From positions 2,976,001 to 3,040,000 of the forward strand of contig CAVTTN010000002.1 of NCBI GenBank assembly GCA_963737655.1: a stretch of DNA of 64,000 nt. Direction: 5' to 3'. A program made the translations under genes and the position numbers. The notes beneath the pieces were generated by a model that was not told the DNA's origin, ran no database searches, and saw only the letters and a program-made list of their open reading frames with translations. This DNA is from an uncultured Planctomycetota bacterium (lineage in GTDB: Bacteria; Planctomycetota; Planctomycetia; Isosphaerales; Isosphaeraceae). This document shows positions 34,963 to 43,407 of the stretch, in pieces. Within the stretch, counting starts at the first letter, position 1; the number at the start of each line of letters is the position of its first letter.

Positions 34963-36357
34963 GTGAGGCCCGCCCCCGTGATGGAGACCGCCCCGGCTGG
35001 CCGAAGGTCGCCTGGCCCGCGGATCGAGACCACGCCGAGGTCGCTTGCCGCGCCCGGGCCCTTCGGGGATCGGTGCGACTCGCGGAAGTACTCGACGATC
35101 GGCGTCGAACGGACCATCCCTCCGGCCGAGACGATCCGTCGCGTCGCGCCCCTGCTCGCACGGATCGGCGTGACCCGGGTCGGCGAGGTCACCCATCTCG
35201 ACCGCAACGGCCTGCCGAACTTCGTCGCCGTGAGGCCCCGCGAGGCCGGCCGAGGCATCTCCTATTACAACGGCAAGGGGGCGACCCGGACCCAGGCGAA
35301 GGCCAGCGCCATGATGGAGGCGGTCGAACGCGTTAGCGCCGAGACGTGTGCTCTCCCCGTGATCCGATCGTCGTTCCGGCGGCTCCGCCGCGAGGCGGAC
35401 GCCATCGACCCGGAGGAGCTGCTCGCCCCGAGGGCCCGGAGCGGCCCTCCGGGAGAGGTCGAGCTCGAATGGGTGCTCGGCCAGGACGTGATCGCGGGAT
35501 ACCCCCGATACGTCCCTCGGAACGCCGTCGTTTCGCCGTATGATCCCTCCCCGGGGGCCGTGGCGCTCTGGGATTCGAGCACCAACGGGCTGGCCTCGGG
35601 CAACACCCGGGACGAGGCGCTCTGCCAGGCCCTCTGCGAGGTCATCGAGCGCGACGCGATGGCCGTCCAGCTCGCGAGCGGCCGGCTTCGCGGAGGCATC
35701 GAGGCGGTCCTGGAGGGACTCGGCGTCGGGGGCCCGCCCTCAGATCGGCCGATTCCGCCTCGGATCGACTTCGCCACCCTCCCTCCGCGAGCCGCCCGGC
35801 TCGGGAGGCGTCTCCGAGGGGCGGGGCTGGCGATCTACCTCCGCGACATCACCTCGGATGTCGGCGTGGCGACGATCCATTGCGCCCTGGCCGAGCCTCG
35901 CGGGGGCGGGCGATTCGCGATCCACGGCGGATACGGCTGCCATCCCGACGCCCGGGTGGCGGTCGTCCGCGCGCTGACCGAGGCGGCCCAGAGCCGCTCC
36001 GGGTGCATCCAGGGAGGGCGCGAAGACCTGCCGGACTTCGCCGGGGGGCCGCCTCCCCGGATCGACCCCGACGAGGTCTTCGGGCAGGGCGAGCGACGGG
36101 CCTTCCGGGACGTTCGGTCCGTCGAGCATCCCCGGGTCGCCGACGATGTGTCCTGGCTGATCGGCCGGCTCGAGGCGGCCGGGTTCCGGCAGGCGGTCGT
36201 GGTCGAGCTGACCCGGGCCGACCTGGGCGTGCCGGTCGTCCGGGTCGTCGTCCCCCGGGCGGAGACCTGGGCCGCGTTCCATCTCCATTCCCGCCGAGGG
36301 ACGCTCGGCCCGAGAGCGATCCACCGACTCACCCGGGGCATCCACGACCATGAATGA
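34963..36357 (+). CDS. ycaO: YcaO-family protein (TfuA-associated, backbone thioamidation type); start uncertain (34963/34981 or later)
   Basis: GVTRVGEVTHLD, NGKGAT..AKASAMMEAVER, STNGLASGNT..EAL..ALCEVIERDA, GYGCH..RALTEAAQSR..IQGGREDL, VPVVRVVVP. Confidence 0.93.
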   Translation: MRPAPVMETAPAGRRSPGPRIETTPRSLAAPGPFGDRCDSRKYSTIGVERTIPPAETIRRVAPLLARIGVTRVGEVTHLDRNGLPNFVAVRPREAGRGISYYNGKGATRTQAKASAMMEAVERVSAETCALPVIRSSFRRLRREADAIDPEELLAPRARSGPPGEVELEWVLGQDVIAGYPRYVPRNAVVSPYDPSPGAVALWDSSTNGLASGNTRDEALCQALCEVIERDAMAVQLASGRLRGGIEAVLEGLGVGGPPSDRPIPPRIDFATLPPRAARLGRRLRGAGLAIYLRDITSDVGVATIHCALAEPRGGGRFAIHGGYGCHPDARVAVVRALTEAAQSRSGCIQGGREDLPDFAGGPPPRIDPDEVFGQGERRAFRDVRSVEHPRVADDVSWLIGRLEAAGFRQAVVVELTRADLGVPVVRVVVPRAETWAAFHLHSRRGTLGPRAIHRLTRGIHDHE

Positions 36358-37921
36358 GCGCGTGACCCTTTGCAGCGCCACCCTGGGCGAGGACGGCAAG
36401 CGGGAACCGCCCCTCGGCCCGCTCTACATCGCCGGGGCCCTGGAGTCCCTGGGCGTCGAGGTCGATTTCCGCGACTATCAGCTCGCCCCCGGGGCCGACG
36501 GCTTCTCCAGCCGGCATCTCGCCGAATTCCTGGGGGATCATGCCGAGATCGTCGCCGTCTCGTGCTTCGTGGACATGCTCCCGGTGGTGATCGACGCGAC
36601 CCGGAGGCTCCGGGAGGCGAACCCCGAGACCACCATCGTCCTGGGAGGCCCCGGACCCAGCGCCTCGGCCGACCGGATCCTGGAGCTCTATCCCTGGATC
36701 GACGCCGTGGTCCGGGGCGAGGGGGAAGAGACCATCTCCGAATGGTGGCTCCGAAGGCGGGCCGGTCGGCACGACCTGGAACCGATCGCGGGCATGAGCG
36801 ACCGGCGAGGAAGCCAGATCGTGGTCGGCGAGGCCCGGACCCGGCTCCTCGATCTCGAATCGCTCGCGCGGCCCGCCTACCACCTCGCCGAGTGGGACGC
36901 CTACGGATACGCCCGGATCATCACCACCCGCGGCTGCGCCTATCGCTGTTCGTTCTGCGACGTGACCGCGCTCTGGGGCAACCGGAGCGTCTACCGGGAC
37001 GTGGACGCGGTGATCGACGAGATGGAGTTCCTCCGGGACGTCCACGGCAAGAGCGTGATCACCATCGTCGATGACACCTTCGTCCAGGATCGCAAGCGGG
37101 TGCGGGCCTTCTGCGAACGGCTTTTGGAGCGACGGAGCGGGATCGCCTGGTCGTGCTTCTCCCGGATCAACCTGATGTCCCGCGACCTGGCCGAGACGAT
37201 GGCCGAGGCGGGGTGCCGATCGGTCCTCTACGGGATCGATTCGGGGTCGCCGGCCGTCCTGGCGAGGACTCACAAGATGGTCCGCGCCGAGAGCGTCGAG
37301 CCCGTGATCGAGTACTCGGCGGAGGTCTTCGATTTCGTCGAGGCGTCGTTCATCTGGGGCTACCCATTCGAGGACCTCGACGATTTCCGGATGACGCTGG
37401 ACCTGGCCGCGAGGGTATCTCGATGGGCGCCCCGGGTGAACGTCCAGCTCCACCGGCTCAGCCCGTTGCCGAACTCGCCGATCTATCGGGAATATCCCAG
37501 CCCTCTGCTCGAGCCCGATCCGCAGGACCGGCCCTGGCTCCTGCTCCCGGCCGTCCTGCTGGAACCCCGGGCCGAGGAGATCGGCCGACTCGTCCGCGCC
37601 GCCCCGGACGTCTATCCGGGCTTCTTCACCCTGCCGACCCCTGACGAGGCCGAGAAGCGCCGGCTGATGGGCAAGATCAAGCGGACCCTGGATCGGACGA
37701 TCGGCGCCACCCTGTTCGACCCGGAGACGGCCCGGCTCCTCGACGAGGACGCGCCCGAGGTCGAACGCTCGCTGTTCGACGCCGAGACGGACTCCAGCGG
37801 GCGGCTCGGGGTCGGGCTGGCGATCAGCTTCTTCCGCCGGAGCCGTCGCCGACGAGGGGCCGGGTGCGACCCGCTCCTCGGGGTTCGCGGGCCGTCGCTG
37901 GTCCGGGAGAGGAACGGATGA
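36350..37921 (+). CDS. Cobalamin-binding radical SAM protein (class B methyltransferase-like)
   Basis: N-terminal PPLGPLYIAG..IVLGGPG..DAVVRGEGE B12-binding region; TTRGCAYRCSFC (CxxxCxxC); DDTF; YGIDSGS; FIWGYPFE. Overlaps ycaO (ATGAATGA). Confidence 0.93.
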   Translation: MNERVTLCSATLGEDGKREPPLGPLYIAGALESLGVEVDFRDYQLAPGADGFSSRHLAEFLGDHAEIVAVSCFVDMLPVVIDATRRLREANPETTIVLGGPGPSASADRILELYPWIDAVVRGEGEETISEWWLRRRAGRHDLEPIAGMSDRRGSQIVVGEARTRLLDLESLARPAYHLAEWDAYGYARIITTRGCAYRCSFCDVTALWGNRSVYRDVDAVIDEMEFLRDVHGKSVITIVDDTFVQDRKRVRAFCERLLERRSGIAWSCFSRINLMSRDLAETMAEAGCRSVLYGIDSGSPAVLARTHKMVRAESVEPVIEYSAEVFDFVEASFIWGYPFEDLDDFRMTLDLAARVSRWAPRVNVQLHRLSPLPNSPIYREYPSPLLEPDPQDRPWLLLPAVLLEPRAEEIGRLVRAAPDVYPGFFTLPTPDEAEKRRLMGKIKRTLDRTIGATLFDPETARLLDEDAPEVERSLFDAETDSSGRLGVGLAISFFRRSRRRRGAGCDPLLGVRGPSLVRERNG

Positions 37922-38586
37922 GCTCGGAGGCCCCCGACGATCGGCCCTGCGTGTTCCTCGGCCCGAGCCTCCCCCGGGATCAGGCTCGATCGTTGATCGA
38001 TGCCGAGTTCCGCCCCCCGATCCGCCGGGGAGACCTCGCGGCCCTGGACCCACGCCGCGTCGTGGTGATCCTCGACGGCGAGTTCGACCAGAGCTTCGCC
38101 GTCTCGCCCAAGGAGATCCTCCGCCTCCTCGACCTCGGGACGACGGTGGTGGGGGCGGCGAGCATGGGGGCGATCCGCGCGGCGGAGCTGGCCGAGGTCG
38201 GGATGACCGGGCTGGGCTGGGTCTTCTCCGCCTATCGAGAGGGGCGGATCGTGGGGGATGACGAGGTGGCCCTCCGCTTCTGTCCGTTCGGCCTCCACGC
38301 CCTGACCGTCCCTCTGGTGAACGTCCGCCGCTGGCTCGGTCGCCTCGAAGAGGCCGAGCTGATCGACGCCTTGACCTCGGCCCGCGTCTTGAGGCGGGCC
38401 CGCCAGGTCTTCTTCGCCGATCGGACGCCGGAGAGGCTCGACGAGGTGATCGCGACGGCCCTCGGGCCCGAACGATCCGGGCGAATCCGTGGTCTCGGCC
38501 TCGCCGAGATCGGCGACGTGAAGGCGGAGGACGCCAGGTCCGCCCTCCGGAGCGTCGCAAGTTGGGGCAAGGTTCCTCAATCCTAG
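37918..38586 (+). CDS. tfuA: TfuA-like protein
   Basis: VFLGPSL..PPIRRGDL..DGEF..AVSPKEIL..GAASMGAIRAAEL..GMTGLG.VF..Y..DDEVAL..LTVPLVNVR; ATGA overlap with the radical SAM stop. Confidence 0.93.
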   Translation: MSSEAPDDRPCVFLGPSLPRDQARSLIDAEFRPPIRRGDLAALDPRRVVVILDGEFDQSFAVSPKEILRLLDLGTTVVGAASMGAIRAAELAEVGMTGLGWVFSAYREGRIVGDDEVALRFCPFGLHALTVPLVNVRRWLGRLEEAELIDALTSARVLRRARQVFFADRTPERLDEVIATALGPERSGRIRGLGLAEIGDVKAEDARSALRSVASWGKVPQS

Positions 38587-38599
38587 GGAGTTCCGCGAA

Positions 38600-38922
38600 A
38601 TGAGTCCAGCCACCGCGTCCGACGGCCTGAAAGAACTCATCGGGAGGGCGCTCGTCGATAGCGACTATCGCGACCTGCTCTTCGACGACCGCCCCCGAGC
38701 CTTGCAGGACTACGAGCTCTCGGAGATCGACCTGGCCGCGCTCGATCGCCTGGATCGCGAGACGCTCGAAGCCCAGGCCGAGAAGGTCGGCTCCGGCGAG
38801 CTGGTGATCATGATCGCGCCCGAGCCGCGCCTCCGCCCGAACCGACCCCCGAGCCGCCGCCGGAACCGGAGCCGGAACCCGAGCCCAAGCCCGAGCCGCC
38901 TCCCAAGCCCGACGAAGACTGA
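38600..38922 (+). CDS. Putative RiPP precursor: NHLP-clan (Os1348/Franean1_4349-like) leader plus Pro/Glu-rich tail; ~107 aa after correcting a -1 frameshift near 38827
   Basis: RBS gggag; LKELIGRALVDSDYRDLLFDDRPRALQDYELSEIDLAAL leader. The shifted frame gives PPPEPTPEPPPEPEPEPEPKPEPPPKPDED-TGA (stop 38920-38922). Confidence 0.75.
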
Positions 38923-38945
38923 GTTCGCTCGGCCTGCCGACTTGG

Positions 38946-39054
38946 GTAGGGTCCGCTGTTGCGGACCTCTTCGATTTCAGTTTTGTAGGGTCCGCTCTTG
39001 CGGATCTCTTGTCGACGAAGCGAATTCGAAGAGGTCCGCAAGAGCGGACCCTAC
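38946..39054. repeat. Cluster of three GTAG-type REP palindromes (two direct, one inverted)
   Basis: gtagggtccgctgttgcggacc (38946-38967), gtagggtccgctcttgcggatc (38985-39006), ggtccgcaagagcggaccctac (39033-39054), between convergent genes. Confidence 0.8.
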
Positions 39055-39136
39055 AAAAACCGCGATTCGACGCGCGAAACACGAACCCCGTCTCGGTCTC
39101 GCGGCGGACCCGCCACGACCATCGCGGGCCATTTGG

Positions 39137-40141
39137 CTACTTGACGCGTTGCAGCTTCATGATGCGGCCCGAGACGTTCCAGTCCTGGACGTAGAGGTTC
39201 CCGCCCGCGTCCCAGGCCGAGCCGTGGGTGCCGCTGAAGATCCCCTCGACCCATTGCTCCTGGGGGATGTTGTAGTCCCGGCCCTTGCCTGCGTCGGGGT
39301 TGTTGCCCAGGACGGCGATGATCGTGTTGTTCCGGTTGAGGATGACGAGCCGACCGTGCAGGTCGGGCACCGACACGAAATCCCCCTGGACCGACGCCGA
39401 GGTGGGCATCCCCAGGCCGGTGACGACCTCGTCGAGGAACTCGCCGTCCAGGCTGTAGTGGAGCAAGCGGCCCTTGGGTTCGTGGTTGCGGTCGCAGATC
39501 AGGAGGCGGGGCGGGTCGTACCTCGGGTCGATCGTCATCCCGTGGGCCGTGTTGAACTCGCGGAGGCCGTTGCCCTTGGTCCCGAAGTGCTTGAGGTACT
39601 TGCCGGCCTTGTCGAACTTGAAGATGCGATCGCTGGCATAGCCGTCGGCCAGGAAGATGTCGTCGTTGGGGGCGACGGCGATGGCCGTGGGGTTGAACTT
39701 CGCCGGCTTCGGCCCGGCCTCCTCCGGGAAACCGAGCCTCAGGACGATCTCGCCGGTCCCGGAATGGAACTTGATCCCCTCGGCGGCGTTGTTCCTGGCC
39801 CCGTAGAGGAACTCGGTGCCGCCCTCGTCGCGAATCTTCAGGTCGTGGATGTCGGAGTACTTGTCGCCGAGGAAGCTGCGGACGACCCGGCCGTCGGGCG
39901 CGAAGACGAAGACCCCGGCGTGGGCGCTGGTGTAGACCAGGCCGTCCTTGCCGACGGCCACCCCGCCGTGGCACGGGCCGATCTGCGACTTGCCGTCGGT
40001 CCCCAGGCCCCAGCCCGGGACGGTGTCGAACGTCATCGCCCCGTCGCCCATCCTCACGGGCCGGGCCGGCTCGTCGGCGAGGGCCGGCAGGGCGAGTCCC
40101 ACGGCGAGGGCCAAAATGAGGGAACTCCGGCGGATCTTCAT
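39137..40141 (-). CDS. Secreted NHL-repeat six-bladed beta-propeller (PAL-like family)
   Basis: Signal peptide MKIRRSSLILALAVGLALPALA; CHGGVAV, NPTAIAVAPNDDIFLADGY, FNTAHGM, ICDRNH, GTHG, YVQDWN. Confidence 0.85.
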   Translation of the reverse strand: MKIRRSSLILALAVGLALPALADEPARPVRMGDGAMTFDTVPGWGLGTDGKSQIGPCHGGVAVGKDGLVYTSAHAGVFVFAPDGRVVRSFLGDKYSDIHDLKIRDEGGTEFLYGARNNAAEGIKFHSGTGEIVLRLGFPEEAGPKPAKFNPTAIAVAPNDDIFLADGYASDRIFKFDKAGKYLKHFGTKGNGLREFNTAHGMTIDPRYDPPRLLICDRNHEPKGRLLHYSLDGEFLDEVVTGLGMPTSASVQGDFVSVPDLHGRLVILNRNNTIIAVLGNNPDAGKGRDYNIPQEQWVEGIFSGTHGSAWDAGGNLYVQDWNVSGRIMKLQRVK

Positions 40142-40410
40142 CGAAGGGACTCCTGACAGCGAGGTGGACGACACCCGGGCGGTGATCGTCCCGGGGAGAG
40201 GCCGACAGCACTCGGAGAGCCTACCGGGCCCGGCCGCCCATGAGAAGCCGATGGCGGCGGTGCGCGGCCCCTCCCGAAAGGAAGGCGGGATTCCTTCCCG
40301 GGCGTCTGCCCGCGGCCGTCCTCTCGCCCTTGGGCGGCTGAACCCGTACCCTGGGGACAGGGATTGCGAAGGATCGCCGCCGAATCGAGGCATTGCGAGA
40401 GCGCCGGGCC

Positions 40411-40996
40411 ATGCGAAGAACGACTCGCGAGGACATCGCGGTGCTCGAGGACTACCGCGAATACCTGCTGTTGCTGGTCCGCCTCCAGTTGGGCACGCGT
40501 CCTCGGGCCCGGTTGGATGCCTCGGACGTGGTCCAGCAGGCGATCCTCCAGGCCCATGAGCGGCGGGCCCAGTTCCGGGGCGAGACCGAGGGGGAGTGGC
40601 TGGGCTGGCTCCGCGCCATCCTCGCCAACGCCCTGGCGGCCGAGCTCCGACGGCTCGACACCCAGGCGCGCGACCCTCGGCGAGAGCGTTCTCTGGAGGC
40701 CGAGGCTCGATCGTTCGTCGTCGAGGCTGGAGGGCCTGCTCGCCGCCGACCAGACCTCGCCGAGCGAGGGGGCCGTCCGCGGCGAGGAGTTGCGGAGGCT
40801 CGCCCTCGCCCTCGCCCGACTGCCGGAAGACCAGAGGCGAGTCGTGGAGCTTCACTACTTGAACGGCCTGGCCGTGGCCGACGTGGCCGAGCAGATCGGC
40901 CGGACTCGGCCGGCGGCCGTCGGCCTGATTTTTCGGGGATTGAAGCGGCTCCGAGAAATCCTCCGAGACCCCGAGGAGGCGAGCCATGAGCCCTGA
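40411..40996 (+). CDS. ECF sigma-70 factor, planctomycete-specific type; frameshift near 40705
   Basis: YREYLLLLVRLQL..LDASDVVQQAILQAH..QFRG..WLRAILAN (region 2); QTSPSE..LARLPEDQRRVVELHYLNGL..VAEQIGRT..GLIFRGLKRLR (region 4). Confidence 0.9.
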
Positions 40997-43237
40997 TCTC
41001 ATCGCCGAGCCCGACCGGGAAGGACGCCGCAATCAACTGCTCCTGGACTATCTGGAGGCCATGGAGGAGGGCCGCGAACCCGACCGCGGCCAGCTCCTGG
41101 CCGCCCACCCGGACCTCCGGCCCGATCTGGAGGCGTTCCTCGCCGGCCATGACGAGATCGCTCGGATCACGGTGCCCCTGCGAGCCTCGGGGATCGGCGC
41201 GACGAGACCTCCGGGCGGCCCGGCCCGCGAGGGACCGGGCGTGTCATCCCCGGGGATCGGCGAGATCGGCGACTTCCGCCTGATCCGCGAGGTGGGCCGG
41301 GGAGGGATGGGGGTCGTCTACGAGGCCGAGCAGATCTCTCTCCGGCGGAGGGTCGCGCTGAAGGTCCTGCCGTTCGCCTCGGCCATCGACCCTCGCCGGC
41401 TCCAGAGGTTCAAGACCGAGGCGTTGACCGCCGCCCTCGTCCAGCACGAGAAGATCGTGCCGGTTCACGCCGTCGGCTCCGAGAGGGGCGTGCACTATTA
41501 CGCCATGCAATTCATCGAGGGGCAGAGCCTCGCCGCGTTGATCGCCGAGCTCCGCCGACTCCGCGAGAAGCACGCCCCCCTCACCTCGCGGGGTGGATCG
41601 AATCCGGAGGAAGGAGCGATCGTCGCCGATCCAGCCGAGTCGAGAACGGGGAGCGAGACCTCGCTCGCCGCGACGACCATCTCCCGAGAACGGTCGTCGG
41701 ATCGTCGCCGCTACTTCGACCGGGCGGCGGGCCTGGGGCGGCAAGCGGCCCTGGCCCTGGAGCACGCCCACCAGGCCGGGATCGTCCATCGCGACGTGAA
41801 GCCGGGCAACCTGCTCCTGGACCTCCGGGGGCAGCTCTGGGTGACCGACTTCGGACTGGCCCAGGTCACCGGCGATCCCGGGCTCACGATCACCGGAGAG
41901 CTCCTGGGAACGCTCCGATACGCCAGCCCCGAGCAGGTCCTCGCCCGCCGGGGGATCGTCGATCATCGCAGCGACCTTTACTCGCTCGGCGCGACCCTCT
42001 ACGAGCTCCTGACCCTGCGACCTCCGTTCGAGGATCGGGACCGAAACGCCCTGATCCGGCGGATCGCCGAGGAACAGCCCACCCAGCCCCGCGACCTGGA
42101 CCGGTCCATCCCGCCCGAGCTGGAAACGATCGTCCTCAAGGCCCTGCGCAAGGAACCCGCCGAGCGCTACGGGACGGCCCAGGACCTGGCCGACGACCTG
42201 CAACGCTATCTCGACGGCCGGCCGATCCGGGCCCGACGACCGACGCCCGCCGAGAGGCTTCGGGCCTGGTCTCGCCGGCATCCGTCGATCGTGTGGGCCG
42301 GCGCCGGGGCCTTGATCCTGGTCTCGGCCGGGTCGATGGTCAGCACGGCCCTGGTCCGCCGGGAGCAGGCCCGGACCCTGGCCGAACAGAAGAACGCGGA
42401 ATCCGCCTACCTGAGGGCCCGGCAGAGGGCGGAAGAAGCCGAGGCACGCTTCCGCCTGGCCCGCCGATCGGTCGATGAGCTGATCCGGGTCAGCGAGGAG
42501 GAGCTGGCCCATCGACCCGGGATGGAGGGCCTCCGCAAACGGCTCCTGGCGTCGGCCCTGGCGTATTATCGGGAGTTCGTCGAACAGAGGCGGAGCGACC
42601 CGAACGCCCAGGCCGAGTTGCGAGACACCACCCGACGGATCGAGACGATCCTGGCAGACCTGGCGGTCCTCCGGGCCGCCGGGGAACTCTTCTTGCTCGC
42701 GCAGCCCTCGGCGCTGGAGGACCTCCGGCTCGACCCGGTCCAGAGGAGGAAAGTGGCGGACCTCTCCGACCGCGCGGGGAAGCGATGGATGGACGCGTTC
42801 GGCGACCCGGCCCATCGGCCTCCCCCGGCGGAGCGAGTGCGGATCGCCCTGGAGCAGGCTCGGTCCAACGAGGCGGAGGTCGAGGCCATCCTGTGGCCCT
42901 CCCAGAGAGTCCGGCTCCGCCAGATCGCCCTCCAGTCCGAGGGACCGGCCGCCTTCCGAGAACCCGAGGTCGTCGAGAGGCTCGGACTGACCCCCGGGCA
43001 GCGAGAACGCGTCCGCGCGATCGAGGAGGAGTCCTTCTTCGGCTCGATCCGCGACCTGCAAGAGGGGAAGGCGCCGAGGAGGCCGGCAAGGCGGCGATGG
43101 AACGGATCGTGGCCGTCCTCACGGACGATCAGAGGAGACTCTGGAAGGAGATGGCCGGCGAACCGATCCGGGGCCCGTTGAACGCCTTCCCCATGCCGTT
43201 CGGATCTCGGCGAGACCCGAGGCGAGCCTCCCGCTGA
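40986..43237 (+). CDS. Membrane Ser/Thr protein kinase with C-terminal LTxxQ-like helical region; frameshift near 43075
   Basis: GRGGMGVVY, VALKVL, HRDVKPGN, DFGLA, GTLRYASPEQ; hydrophobic segment IVWAGAGALILVSAG; LGLTPGQRERV and VLTDDQRRLWKEMAGEP. Overlaps the ECF gene. Confidence 0.92.
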
Positions 43238-43407
43238 ACCCGGATTGACCTTCCGGGTCGCGGGATCGTCGAAAAAACCTCGGACCACGCGCGACATCGG
43301 GCGCCGGATCGCATCTCTTCCCTCAGAGGGGCGCCGTCCTCGGGCCGATCCCCCCCTCTCGGCCTCGTCGTGACGGCCCCTGATCCCTCTACTCGTGAGG
43401 TCCCTCC

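Noticed and set aside
39137..40141. NHL/PAL-like protein as an amidating enzyme of the RiPP cluster
   Set aside because: Opposite strand, separated by REPs, secreted, a common family in planctomycetes, and the precursor has no C-terminal Gly.
38600..40156. 518-aa ORF from the ORF track
   Set aside because: After about residue 76 it runs through REP palindromes and antisense to the NHL gene; a -1 correction gives a coherent 107-aa protein.
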